This document shows positions 50,386 to 60,061 of a DNA stretch of 64,000 nucleotides, piece after piece. The stretch lies in contig CAVKUP010000001.1 in assembly GCA_963659735.1 (NCBI GenBank), forward strand, positions 1,166 to 65,165. Direction: 5' to 3'. The DNA comes from a bacterium (lineage in GTDB: Bacteria > Bacillota_I > Bacilli_A > RF39 > UBA660). Each line of letters begins with the position of its first letter. Position 1 is the first letter of the stretch. The notes below the pieces were generated by a model. That model made no database searches, had not been told where the DNA came from, and saw only the letters and a list, made by a program, of their open reading frames with translations. Position numbers and translations under genes: made by a program.

Positions 50386-50946
50386 GTGGATAATAAACAT
50401 AAAAATGCTTTGATTGGTGCGTTACTTGCTGTTGTATTTGTTATGGCAGTTGGTTATGCAGCGTTTGCACAACAATTAACAATTAATGGTAGTGCCACAA
50501 TTACATCAAAATGGGATGTTCATATGACAAATGATGGTGCAACTGCAACTCCAAGTACAATTATGAATACTATGCCATCTGGTACTGTTAGTGTTGCTGA
50601 AGGTGGTTTAAGTGCTGATTTTACTGCAAGTTTAATTTCTCCTGGAGATAAAGTTACATTTGTTGTTCCAATTAAGAATGCTGGTACAATTGATGCTGTT
50701 TTAGATACTATTACTTTATCTAGTACTACTGCAGGAATGGCCATTGATAATACTGGTTTAACTGCTACAACAGCTGATGGTAGTATTAAATATACTGTAA
50801 CTAGTCCAAGCAAAAATACTTTAGCTAATACAACTGGTTCTGATACAATTACTATTGTTGCTGAATACGTTAACCAAGATAACCAAGGTAATGTTCAAAA
50901 TGTTACGGCTCAACTTACAGTAGTAATGAATTATGTTCAAGCATAG
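50386..50946 (+). CDS. Thr-rich secreted or anchored fibre-subunit-like protein with a pilin-derived N-terminal helix lacking G(-1) and E(+5)
   Basis: KN|ALIGALLAVVFVMAV aligns with the pseudogene RG|FALIELLAVIVLSVV. Beta-rich T/S composition. GTG start after an AAAGGGTGA RBS. Confidence 0.5.
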   Translation: MDNKHKNALIGALLAVVFVMAVGYAAFAQQLTINGSATITSKWDVHMTNDGATATPSTIMNTMPSGTVSVAEGGLSADFTASLISPGDKVTFVVPIKNAGTIDAVLDTITLSSTTAGMAIDNTGLTATTADGSIKYTVTSPSKNTLANTTGSDTITIVAEYVNQDNQGNVQNVTAQLTVVMNYVQA

Positions 50947-50965
50947 AGATTAGTAAATGATTTAG

Positions 50966-50988
50966 AAAGTCAGAAAATGACTTTTTTT
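50966..50988 (+). terminator. Strong rho-independent terminator after the 50386 gene
   Basis: aagtca-gaaaa-tgactt plus T7. Confidence 0.75.
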
Positions 50989-51062
50989 AATTTGTAATTA
51001 TATAATTTTGAGACATTTTTACAAGTTAAACATATTTTATGCTATCCAAAATAACTTTTTCT

Positions 51063-51090
51063 TTGCATTTAAAAAAAAATAAGATATAAT
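51063..51090 (+). promoter_or_regulatory. Candidate sigma-A promoter for the downstream locus
   Basis: TTGCAT at 51063-51068, 16-nt spacer, TATAAT at 51085-51090. Confidence 0.45.
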
Positions 51091-51120
51091 TATGTTATAG
51101 AATATAGAGGGGGCAATAAG

Positions 51121-52701
51121 ATGATTTTAAGAAAACCTTATGCATTTTTTATAAAGTATTTTAAATTATTTCATGCAATTATTGCTTTATTCATTGGTTT
51201 TTTACTTTATAAAAGCTTTACAGTTTATAATTTTTTCAATGTTTATATTGATGATTATAGTTCAGCGCTTACAAGTTTATCTCCAAGAACAATTATAAAC
51301 ATGTATACCTTTTTAACTATACTAATTGTAATAATTTTGACAATTGTTTTATTATCAGTAATGTTTTATAAAAAAAAGCCTAAATCTTTATACATTTATT
51401 CTTTTATTGCTTATATTGCATTACTAGTTTTATTTGGTATAACTTATCCAATCTTACGTGATATTAGTGGTGCAATATTGGATGTTCGTGTATCTAAAGC
51501 CTTAAGAGATTTTTATATGATGTCTTTAGTTATTCAAGCAATAAGTTTAGTTTTATTTATAGTAAGAGCAACTGGTTTTGACATTAAAAGGTTTGATTTT
51601 GGTACAGATTTGCAACAACTTGATATTAATGAAAAAGATAGTGAAGAAATAGAAGTTGCTTTAGAGTTTGATAAAAATAAAACTCAACGTAAAATTAGAA
51701 GTATATTTAGAAATTTTAAATATGTATATGGTGAAAACAAGTTTATAATCAATACAGTTGGTTTAATATTGATTGTAATATTAGGTTTTAATATTTATGT
51801 TAATATAACAGTTTATAAAGCTAAATATAATCAAGGAACTGCTTTTGAAGCTAGTAATATAACCTTAAATGTAAGAGATTCTTATTTAACAAAGCTTAAT
51901 TCCTCAGGAGAGGCATTAACAAGTGATGAAATACTTGTTTTAAAACTGGACATTAAAAGTCAAATTGATAATAATACATTAAATACGGGTCTTGCTACTG
52001 TATTAATTGAAGGAAAATCATATAGTCAAAATAATGAATATGCGAAAGAATTGACAGACCTTGGTGAAGCTTATACAAATCAAACTTTAGATTCAGAATA
52101 TCATAGTTATATTTTAGCGTTCAATATTCCAGAAAAAGATATTGATAAAAAAATGACATTTAAATTTAATGATGATGTTAGTTACATCAAAGGAGAAATT
52201 GGTGCAAAAAATATTTATGTTAAATTAAATCCAATTAATTTAGATAAAAAAATTAAAACAATAAGCAATAAAATGGGTGAACAGCAAAATTATGACGATA
52301 GTATTTTAGAAAGTGCGGATTTAAAAATAAATAGTTATGAAATAAATAATCAGTTTAAATCTGAATATAAATACTGCTATAGCATTAATAAATGTATAGA
52401 TTCATATGAATACATAACTCCAAGTGCAACTGGAAATTATTTTAAAACTTTAATTAAAATTAATGGAGAATTTAATACTGATAATACACAAATAAATAAT
52501 GTGATAATATTTATGAATACATTTGGGACAATTAATTATAAAATAAATGATACTTGGAAAAGTGAAAAAATAAATTCTTCTTCTTTAAAATCAAACTTTG
52601 ATGGATTTTATTTAGAAGTTCCATATGACATTAAAGATGCTACAGAGGTAAATTTTGTATTTAATATACGTAATTTATCTTATAAATATACTTTAAAGTA
52701 A
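51121..52701 (+). CDS. Polytopic membrane protein (4-5 N-terminal TM helices plus a sixth around residue 210) with a ~300-aa extracytoplasmic C-terminal domain
   Basis: AGAGGGGG RBS. No family recognised. Confidence 0.4.
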   Translation: MILRKPYAFFIKYFKLFHAIIALFIGFLLYKSFTVYNFFNVYIDDYSSALTSLSPRTIINMYTFLTILIVIILTIVLLSVMFYKKKPKSLYIYSFIAYIALLVLFGITYPILRDISGAILDVRVSKALRDFYMMSLVIQAISLVLFIVRATGFDIKRFDFGTDLQQLDINEKDSEEIEVALEFDKNKTQRKIRSIFRNFKYVYGENKFIINTVGLILIVILGFNIYVNITVYKAKYNQGTAFEASNITLNVRDSYLTKLNSSGEALTSDEILVLKLDIKSQIDNNTLNTGLATVLIEGKSYSQNNEYAKELTDLGEAYTNQTLDSEYHSYILAFNIPEKDIDKKMTFKFNDDVSYIKGEIGAKNIYVKLNPINLDKKIKTISNKMGEQQNYDDSILESADLKINSYEINNQFKSEYKYCYSINKCIDSYEYITPSATGNYFKTLIKINGEFNTDNTQINNVIIFMNTFGTINYKINDTWKSEKINSSSLKSNFDGFYLEVPYDIKDATEVNFVFNIRNLSYKYTLK

Positions 52702-52739
52702 ATTAATTATATGCTATAATATGTTAGGAGGATAGGAAA

Positions 52740-53363
52740 GTGAAACAAGTTAAATATTTGATTTTTACCTTGATATGCACATTCGTATTTCCAATGATTT
52801 CTCATGGAGAATGTAATTATCAAAGACAAGCGGAACTTTCAAGAATTGCTAGTAATGTTAAAATAAATTATAACTATACGGTAAGTGATACAAGTAATCT
52901 ACAATTTGTCATAAACATTACTAATTTAACTGATGATATTTATTTGTTACAAGATGGTTTAAATATTATATCTGGCACTGGAGAAAAACAAATAAGTGTG
53001 GATTATGGTAACTCTGTTAAATATGACATTTATTCTAATGATTCTTCTTGTAAAGGTGAATACTTACTTACAAAATATATTACTATACCTACCGTTAATT
53101 CATTTGCGGATACTAATTTATGTAAAACTAATCCAAATTTCAAATATTGTCAAAGATGGGGAAGTTATTCTATTAGTTATGATGAATTATTAAATCAATT
53201 TAATTTATATAAAAAAAAATCAGAAAAAAAGAGTGATAGTAAAAATGACACATTTCAAATTTTAATTGATTATTTTAATAATAATAAATTTATGCTTGCG
53301 TTTTTTGGAATAGTTATTGTTTGTACAATCATTTATTATATATTTAACAAGAAAAAGATGTGA
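52740..53363 (+). CDS. Cys-containing secreted protein with signal peptide and C-terminal TM anchor
   Basis: GTG start after an AGGAGG RBS. Signal peptide ...PMISHG|E. C-terminal FMLAFFGIVIVCTIIYYIF TM helix. Confidence 0.4.
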   Translation: MKQVKYLIFTLICTFVFPMISHGECNYQRQAELSRIASNVKINYNYTVSDTSNLQFVINITNLTDDIYLLQDGLNIISGTGEKQISVDYGNSVKYDIYSNDSSCKGEYLLTKYITIPTVNSFADTNLCKTNPNFKYCQRWGSYSISYDELLNQFNLYKKKSEKKSDSKNDTFQILIDYFNNNKFMLAFFGIVIVCTIIYYIFNKKKM

Positions 53364-53371
53364 GGGATATT

Positions 53372-56185
53372 ATGAAAAAATTAAAAAAAATATTTGCTTT
53401 TATAATTATAAGCTTATCTATTTTTCCTGTGCTTGTGTTTGCTGTAGAAAGTGGGGGTACTGGTGAGAGTGGAGGTCAATCAAATACTGGTTATGGTGGC
53501 CAAGCTGCTTGTGGATATTTTAGTAATTTTGATCCCCCTATTAATTTCGCTAACACGGGAGCTGGATATAAAACATTTTCTGCATATAAGTTTGATCTAG
53601 TTTATAAAACTAAAAATGGCAAACGTGAAATTTTAAAAACTGTAGTTACATATGATGATTATTCATGGGCTACTCGAGGCTATTATTATACTAGAGTTGG
53701 ACCATCTATTGATAGATATGTTGCAGCCCTTAAATCGGTTTATGGTAGTGGTAATGTAATATATAAAACATCTGGTGGGGATAATACGCTTTTTGGTTTG
53801 GCTCGCAAACTTTCAAAGGGCGATACAATTGATAGGCTTTTTAACAATAATAAGTTAACAGAATATAATCTAATAAAAAATTATATAACAAGTACTGATG
53901 GTTTTGGCGTTTCTGCAAAAGATTTACAACGTCCTCAGGATACTAACCCCGGCAACTTTGATTCTTATGGTTACAGAATACTTATTCAAAAAATACAACT
54001 TTATGATACTTGTGATGAGGCTGCTACTTTTGACGCAGGTTATGGCACTAAGGGAGATGCTGCTTTGTCGGCACCAAGAAAAGAAGCTGCAAATGCAGAT
54101 TCCGCACTTATGAAAAATTTAAAAAATAGTATCGGTTGGGCAACGGCTAATTATCAAGTTGAAATGTCATCTGTAGTTCATGTTGGTAGTACTGAACTAT
54201 GGACAACAAAAGATGATATTGGTATTAGTAAAGCAAACAATAACGATGTAAATACACTTAAAGGTACAAATTATAATTGTAGTGCTGGTGACAGTGCTTG
54301 TATGAGAAGATGGGGAGTGGCAATTAGAAATTTGAGAAGTACATTTGCTGATGAAAATAACGGCTTAGGCTATAATATTTTGTGGTTTGCGACTGATGCC
54401 TTCGCTAGCGATTATTCAATTGATGCGGCATGTGTTAATTGTAATAGTAAAATTTCTGATAATAAATCTTATTTTATTCAAGATACGACTAATTGGACAG
54501 CCATAAAAAATAGTAAAGGATATTTAGAAGGTAGTAGTGAAGATTATGCAAAGAATGTACAAAAATATTTTTACAAAAAGGAAAATGGTTTTCCAGATAC
54601 ATACTGTAGAGAAGAATATACAGTTAAGTTTCCAAATGCTAATAATACGATTCAAGTCGCAACTGGTAGATATTTTTTGTTAAATGCATCTGATGAAGAT
54701 GAAAAAAAATACTCTGCAATCCCTAATTTTAAACCAATTTCAGTTACAAAAACGAGAATTTGTAAAGGTGGTAACTTAGAAAAATTCAAAAATGCATCTG
54801 AAGGCAGTTTCAAAAATACTGGAAAAGTTTATTTTAAATACATAGAAAATTATAATGGTAGTAAGTATACAATGAGCCAAAAACAAGAACTAAAAGCTAA
54901 TAGTGACTCTAAGGTCACGTCAACTATTAATGGTGATACACTTACAATGTCTATTACAAAAACATACACTTTACCTACTGACTTTTATAGATATGTAAGA
55001 AAAAAAGATGGCCTATCTGTTAAACAAATAACAAATGACCAAAAAGATAGTGGTGAATATGAGGATATAGGAATTTCTAATTTACCCGTTTCATTTAATA
55101 ATTATAGTTCTTATGCTGGAGATGTTAAATTGTCTTATGAATTACCATCTCATAATGAAGATCCATATACATATATAAAAGCTGCTTATGAAGCAGGTAA
55201 TGGTGCTAATAATTATTTTAAATCTAAGAACAATGAATTTAATAATATTTATAAAAAGTATTCTAATAATCAAACAATGACTGATGAAGAAAAAAGCGAT
55301 TTAACTCAAAGTGCTTGTGCGAAAATGTATGGTTATGGGACAAGTGGATTTAATGAATGTGCTAAAAAAAGGCAGACAAACAAAATAGGTGATACTGATT
55401 CAAATTGTTATACTATTAATAAACAAATTGATTCAAATCAATCAACTAGTGGATATTCTTGTATAGTTAGTAGTCCTAACAAATGCCGTTATGACAAGAG
55501 TACAGGAAAGTTTTATAACAGTGCTGGTAAAGAAATATCTGAAACTGATTATAACAGTGGTAAATGTGATTCTGATGATGGCGGAACTGATGGCGGTGGA
55601 ACGTGTAAAATAGTTTATAATCATAAAACTGATTCAACTGATTATTATGGACCTAATGGTGAAAAAGTAAGTAAAGATGAATATAATAAACTTTGTCCAT
55701 GTCCAAGCTCTTGCGAATATGGATGCTGTCCATCTGGAGAATGTGCTCCTATGCCAAGAAAGAATGGTATGATTGTCTGCCCTATAGGTGGCAAAAGAGT
55801 TATTTATAGAACAATTGATTTAATACAGCCATTTCCAGGTCAAAGTTCAACAAATAGAGCAACCGGAAGTAACTGGTGTTCATATGACATTAAAACGCAA
55901 AAGATAAATTGTAAATGGAATAACAATGTTTCTAAAACTTACATTTTAAATGAAGGTAAAACAATACATAGTGACAACCATGTTTTGTATCAAGTAACTT
56001 TAGATTCTAAAACTATTAGTAATGTAAGGAACTATAACAAAAAAAATAAATATGATGATTTCACTTTAAAATGTAAAAATAATGGTAAAGCTTGTATCAG
56101 TACATTCTTAAAAGAGGTAGTATCTACAACAGGGAAATGTGCAAATAAAAGTACTGCAAGTCAATTTAACAGTTGTAATAGTTAG
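53372..56185 (+). CDS. Large (about 937 aa) Cys-rich secreted protein with Gly-rich N-terminus. Candidate pilus-associated adhesin or substrate.
   Basis: Signal peptide MKKLKKIFAFIIISLSIFPVLVFA. About 40 Cys, concentrated in the C-terminal half (CPCPSSCEYGCCPSGECAP). No sortase motif. Confidence 0.5.
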   Translation: MKKLKKIFAFIIISLSIFPVLVFAVESGGTGESGGQSNTGYGGQAACGYFSNFDPPINFANTGAGYKTFSAYKFDLVYKTKNGKREILKTVVTYDDYSWATRGYYYTRVGPSIDRYVAALKSVYGSGNVIYKTSGGDNTLFGLARKLSKGDTIDRLFNNNKLTEYNLIKNYITSTDGFGVSAKDLQRPQDTNPGNFDSYGYRILIQKIQLYDTCDEAATFDAGYGTKGDAALSAPRKEAANADSALMKNLKNSIGWATANYQVEMSSVVHVGSTELWTTKDDIGISKANNNDVNTLKGTNYNCSAGDSACMRRWGVAIRNLRSTFADENNGLGYNILWFATDAFASDYSIDAACVNCNSKISDNKSYFIQDTTNWTAIKNSKGYLEGSSEDYAKNVQKYFYKKENGFPDTYCREEYTVKFPNANNTIQVATGRYFLLNASDEDEKKYSAIPNFKPISVTKTRICKGGNLEKFKNASEGSFKNTGKVYFKYIENYNGSKYTMSQKQELKANSDSKVTSTINGDTLTMSITKTYTLPTDFYRYVRKKDGLSVKQITNDQKDSGEYEDIGISNLPVSFNNYSSYAGDVKLSYELPSHNEDPYTYIKAAYEAGNGANNYFKSKNNEFNNIYKKYSNNQTMTDEEKSDLTQSACAKMYGYGTSGFNECAKKRQTNKIGDTDSNCYTINKQIDSNQSTSGYSCIVSSPNKCRYDKSTGKFYNSAGKEISETDYNSGKCDSDDGGTDGGGTCKIVYNHKTDSTDYYGPNGEKVSKDEYNKLCPCPSSCEYGCCPSGECAPMPRKNGMIVCPIGGKRVIYRTIDLIQPFPGQSSTNRATGSNWCSYDIKTQKINCKWNNNVSKTYILNEGKTIHSDNHVLYQVTLDSKTISNVRNYNKKNKYDDFTLKCKNNGKACISTFLKEVVSTTGKCANKSTASQFNSCNS

Positions 56186-56195
56186 GAGGTAAAAC

Positions 56196-56597
56196 ATGAA
56201 AGAGTCATTTTGGGGTATATTTGTTGTGTTTCTAGGTATTACGTCAATATTTTTCATAGTTTTATTTCAAAACTTAACTAATACTGATGAACACAACTCA
56301 CAACTTTTAAAAGAAGTTACAGAAGCTGCAATGTGGGATGCATTTGATTATTCTGCATATAGAACTAATGGAACAGTAAGAATAAACAGAGAAAAGTTTG
56401 TAGAAAACTTCGTTAGAAGATATGCAGAAAGTGCAAGTAAATCAAGACAATATGAAATAAAATTTTACGATGTAAATGAACAACCGCCTAAGGTTAGTTT
56501 AAGCGTTACCAGTGGAGTTGTTGGTGTTAATGGTAGCACTGAAGTTACATTTAATTTAAAAAATAGTATTGATGCTATTTTAGAAACACCATATTAA
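56196..56597 (+). CDS. Pseudopilin-like protein with short leader MKESFWG|hydrophobic
   Basis: AGGAGG RBS. N-terminal TM helix directly after a 7-aa leader ending in Gly. Confidence 0.45.
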   Translation: MKESFWGIFVVFLGITSIFFIVLFQNLTNTDEHNSQLLKEVTEAAMWDAFDYSAYRTNGTVRINREKFVENFVRRYAESASKSRQYEIKFYDVNEQPPKVSLSVTSGVVGVNGSTEVTFNLKNSIDAILETPY

Positions 56598-56617
56598 AGA
56601 AGAAAAGAGGAGATAAA

Positions 56618-57676
56618 ATGGATAATTTAGCAATGACATTTAAAAGATTTTTAAAAAATAAAAATGTAGTTACTATTATTGGGGTAGTAATAATACTAAT
56701 TTTACTTTATGTAGGCTATAGTACTCAAATCAACAAAGCTGTTGAACCAGTTGAGATCCCTGTGGCTACTCAAACTATTCAGCCAAGAACTGAAATTACT
56801 GATGACATGGTTAAGCTTATTGATATGCCAAATGTATCGTTAAGTGATAATGTTATTAGATCTAAAGCACAAATTGTAGGAAAATATTCCAATGTTAATT
56901 CAGTAATACCTGAGGGAAGTATGTTTTATACTGATACGGTAATTAGTAAAGATGAACTTCCAGATGCGGCATTTACTAAAGTTAAATCTGGAGAAGTAGT
57001 TTATAATTTCCCAGTTGATATGGAAAGCACTTATGGAAATTCAATTTTCCCTGGAAATAAAATTGACATCTACATGAAAGTTGGAGATGGAACAGATGAA
57101 AAAATTATGCTTGGTAAATTAATAGAAAATGTAGAAGTACTTGCTGTAAAAGATTCTTCAGGTAAGGCAGTATTTGAAAACACAAGTGAAGAAAGAACAC
57201 CAGCAATGCTTATATTTGGATTAAAAAGTAAACTTTATACTTTACTAAAAAAAGCATCATACATGGATAGTTTAGGTGTAGAATTGTATCCAGTACCACA
57301 CGGAAGTAAAGTTGATACAACGGGAACAACTGAAGCATCTACACAAGAATTAGTAGATTATATTGAGGCTCATTCAATTAGCTTAGCTGAAACTGAAAGT
57401 ACAAATACAACGGATGAATTATTACCTACAGTAAAAGAAACAGGAGGAACTCCAAATACTGTAACAATCACATTCCCTAGTGGATGTAATAAAACATATA
57501 CATGTTCATATATAAAAGATAATGGTAAAACAGTTAAAGTAACTAAAACAACTCAAGATTTAATTTATACAACTAATGGTACATTAATTGCTACAGTAAC
57601 AGAGAAAGATGGTACAACTCATGTTTTAACAACTAATATTCCACTTACTAATTCAACTACTACAACAGGACAATAG
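56618..57676 (+). CDS. cpaB: CpaB/RcpC-like Flp pilus assembly protein (SAF domain)
   Basis: N-terminal TM helix, then a SAF-type segment QPRTEITDDMVKLIDMPNVSL...IVGKYSNVNSVIPEGSMFYTDTVISKDE. Thr-rich C-terminus. Confidence 0.65.
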   Translation: MDNLAMTFKRFLKNKNVVTIIGVVIILILLYVGYSTQINKAVEPVEIPVATQTIQPRTEITDDMVKLIDMPNVSLSDNVIRSKAQIVGKYSNVNSVIPEGSMFYTDTVISKDELPDAAFTKVKSGEVVYNFPVDMESTYGNSIFPGNKIDIYMKVGDGTDEKIMLGKLIENVEVLAVKDSSGKAVFENTSEERTPAMLIFGLKSKLYTLLKKASYMDSLGVELYPVPHGSKVDTTGTTEASTQELVDYIEAHSISLAETESTNTTDELLPTVKETGGTPNTVTITFPSGCNKTYTCSYIKDNGKTVKVTKTTQDLIYTTNGTLIATVTEKDGTTHVLTTNIPLTNSTTTTGQ

Positions 57677-57678
57677 TT

Positions 57679-59145
57679 ATGAATAATGTTTTTGACCAAA
57701 TAGATTTTGGGGCACTAAAACCTTATTTGGAAGATGATGATATAACTGATATTTCTTATGATAATGGTGGACAAATACATTTAAAAACCTTATCTAAAGG
57801 AATATTTAGAATAGAAAATCCAGCAATTAATAATGCATTTATGGAAAAGCTAGCGTTTCAATGTTCAAATGTTATGGGAAAAACTTTTAACATGGCGCAT
57901 CCATTTCTGGATGCTGAAAGTGCAGAGTTACGTTTAGCTTTTATCCATGAATCAGTTTCATCAAATGGGATAGCTTGTGTTTTACGTAAAACACCAGCTA
58001 AAATACGTTTGCAAAAAGAAAAAATAGTTGCTGACAGATATGTTGAATTAGATATAATTGATTTTTTAGAACAATGTGTTTTAGGCCACTGTAATATTAT
58101 TGTATGTGGTGAAACAGGTTCTGGTAAAACGGAACTTGTAAAATATTTGGCTAGTAAGATAGCTGAAAATGAAAAAATTATTACAATTGAAGATACATTG
58201 GAATTACATTTGGATAAAATTTTTCCACATCGTGATGTAGTTTCACTTAAAACTAATAACATCGCATCTTATACTGATATTTTGGAAGCATGTATGAGAC
58301 AAAATCCTAAATGGATTTTACTATCAGAGGTTCGTAGTGCTGAAGCTGTATTAGCTGTTCGTAACTCTATATCATCTGGTCACTATATTTTATCAACAAT
58401 ACATGCTGATAAGGCTGTTTCCATTCCAAACCGTATGTACAGTTTATTAGAAACAAATCAAGATTTAGATCAATTTATGAGTTCTATTTGTAGATATGTT
58501 CAAATTGGAATATATGTTAGAGGTTATCAAGATAAAGCTACTAAACGTTTTAAAAGGGAAATTGCTGAAGTTACAGAATTTTATGTAACAAGTGATACTA
58601 ATGAAGCAAAACATAATATCATTTATAGAAAAGGTGCTGACGGTAAAGTTATTAGAAATAATCCAAGCCCATATTTAATAGATTACCTAGAAGTTCAGGG
58701 AGTATTCTTACCTAAAGAATTACAAAATATGGCTGGTGATACGTATGTTACTAATGATTCAATGAAAAATAGTATTGAAGGTAATTCTGAAAATATTGAT
58801 AAAACATTTGAAGGTAATGAAAATAATTCAATTGATACTTATTTAAAAACTTCTACAAATGCTGTGCAAATAAATGAAATTAATTCAAATATTTCTACAG
58901 AAAATACATCAAGTATTTTTCAAAATGAAGTTAGTTTAAATAGTTCTGCAGATAATGTTATGTCAAATGTTTCTGTGAACAGTCAATCAAATGATTCCAT
59001 AAACATTGATAATAGTTTTAGTTCAAACATTCCTGTAGAAAATCATATACATGATATTTCTATGAATGAAAATGCAAACAATTCTGTGAATAATTTTGTA
59101 CATGATACTTCAAGTATAAATAATACAGAAAATTTATTTGAATAG
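57679..59145 (+). CDS. tadA: CpaF/TadA-family type II/IV secretion ATPase with an unusual about 130-aa Asn/Ser-rich C-terminal tail
   Basis: Walker A CGETGSGKTE, Walker B WILLSEVR, His-box region. VirB11/TadA-type N-domain. Confidence 0.85.
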   Translation: MNNVFDQIDFGALKPYLEDDDITDISYDNGGQIHLKTLSKGIFRIENPAINNAFMEKLAFQCSNVMGKTFNMAHPFLDAESAELRLAFIHESVSSNGIACVLRKTPAKIRLQKEKIVADRYVELDIIDFLEQCVLGHCNIIVCGETGSGKTELVKYLASKIAENEKIITIEDTLELHLDKIFPHRDVVSLKTNNIASYTDILEACMRQNPKWILLSEVRSAEAVLAVRNSISSGHYILSTIHADKAVSIPNRMYSLLETNQDLDQFMSSICRYVQIGIYVRGYQDKATKRFKREIAEVTEFYVTSDTNEAKHNIIYRKGADGKVIRNNPSPYLIDYLEVQGVFLPKELQNMAGDTYVTNDSMKNSIEGNSENIDKTFEGNENNSIDTYLKTSTNAVQINEINSNISTENTSSIFQNEVSLNSSADNVMSNVSVNSQSNDSINIDNSFSSNIPVENHIHDISMNENANNSVNNFVHDTSSINNTENLFE

Positions 59146-59155
59146 GAGGAGCAAT

Positions 59156-60061
59156 ATGACATTTTTAATATTTTTAATAGTTTTAATAATAGCTATATTT
59201 ATTGTACTATATCGAAATAATAGTAATTCTAATAATGTTTACAAGTTTCTTAATAAACAAGTTGGTGTAATTTACGATAAGTACGCTCCTTATTCATTTA
59301 AAGTGGTTAGGGAAAAAGTTAAGGAATTAGGTCAAGAATATACTCCCAGACAGTATACAATTCAAATAATTGTATTTGCAGTAGGAGCAGCAGTTGTTAC
59401 ATATTTATATTTTTATAATATTGTTATTTCTTTAGTATATGCTGTAATTGCTGTATCTATTATTCCTTATTTAACTTATTTAAGATGTAAAAGATTATAT
59501 AGTGAATTTATATTTGAACAAATTCAAGTATATACAACTAATACAATTATGGAATTTGCTACTACTCAGTCTTTTGTTAAAGCATTGGAAGGTGTATATG
59601 CCTCAGATGTTTTAGAAGATCCGGTTAAAGCAGATGTTAAAATGATGATTGACATGGCTTATGAAAATGGTACTATTGATCAATCTTTAAATTATATGAA
59701 TAGTAAATATGATTATTATATTGTAAGAAATATGCATCAATTATTCTTACAAATTACTAATGAAGGTTCAAGAGATGCAGGTGAATCTTTAGAAAACATG
59801 AGTCAAGATATTGATATGCTTGTAGAAGGAGTTTATAGAGATAGAATTGATAGAGCAGCTTTCCATAAAAAATTCTTACAATTTGGTATTATTTTATACT
59901 TAATGGTTATGCTTGTTCAATTTATGTTAGGCTTAGAAACATATAATGAAATGTTAGAAAGCTGGTGGGTAAAATTACTTTTACACGGTATTATATGGCT
60001 TAATACGTATTTCATTTTATCAGGTGAAAAATATTATAATGAAGATGTGGGGGCGGAATAA
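59156..60061 (+). CDS. TadB-like polytopic membrane platform protein (T2SS-F type)
   Basis: AGGAGGAG RBS before the ATG at 59156. TM helices flank a central cytoplasmic domain. Position directly after tadA. Confidence 0.55.
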   Translation: MTFLIFLIVLIIAIFIVLYRNNSNSNNVYKFLNKQVGVIYDKYAPYSFKVVREKVKELGQEYTPRQYTIQIIVFAVGAAVVTYLYFYNIVISLVYAVIAVSIIPYLTYLRCKRLYSEFIFEQIQVYTTNTIMEFATTQSFVKALEGVYASDVLEDPVKADVKMMIDMAYENGTIDQSLNYMNSKYDYYIVRNMHQLFLQITNEGSRDAGESLENMSQDIDMLVEGVYRDRIDRAAFHKKFLQFGIILYLMVMLVQFMLGLETYNEMLESWWVKLLLHGIIWLNTYFILSGEKYYNEDVGAE

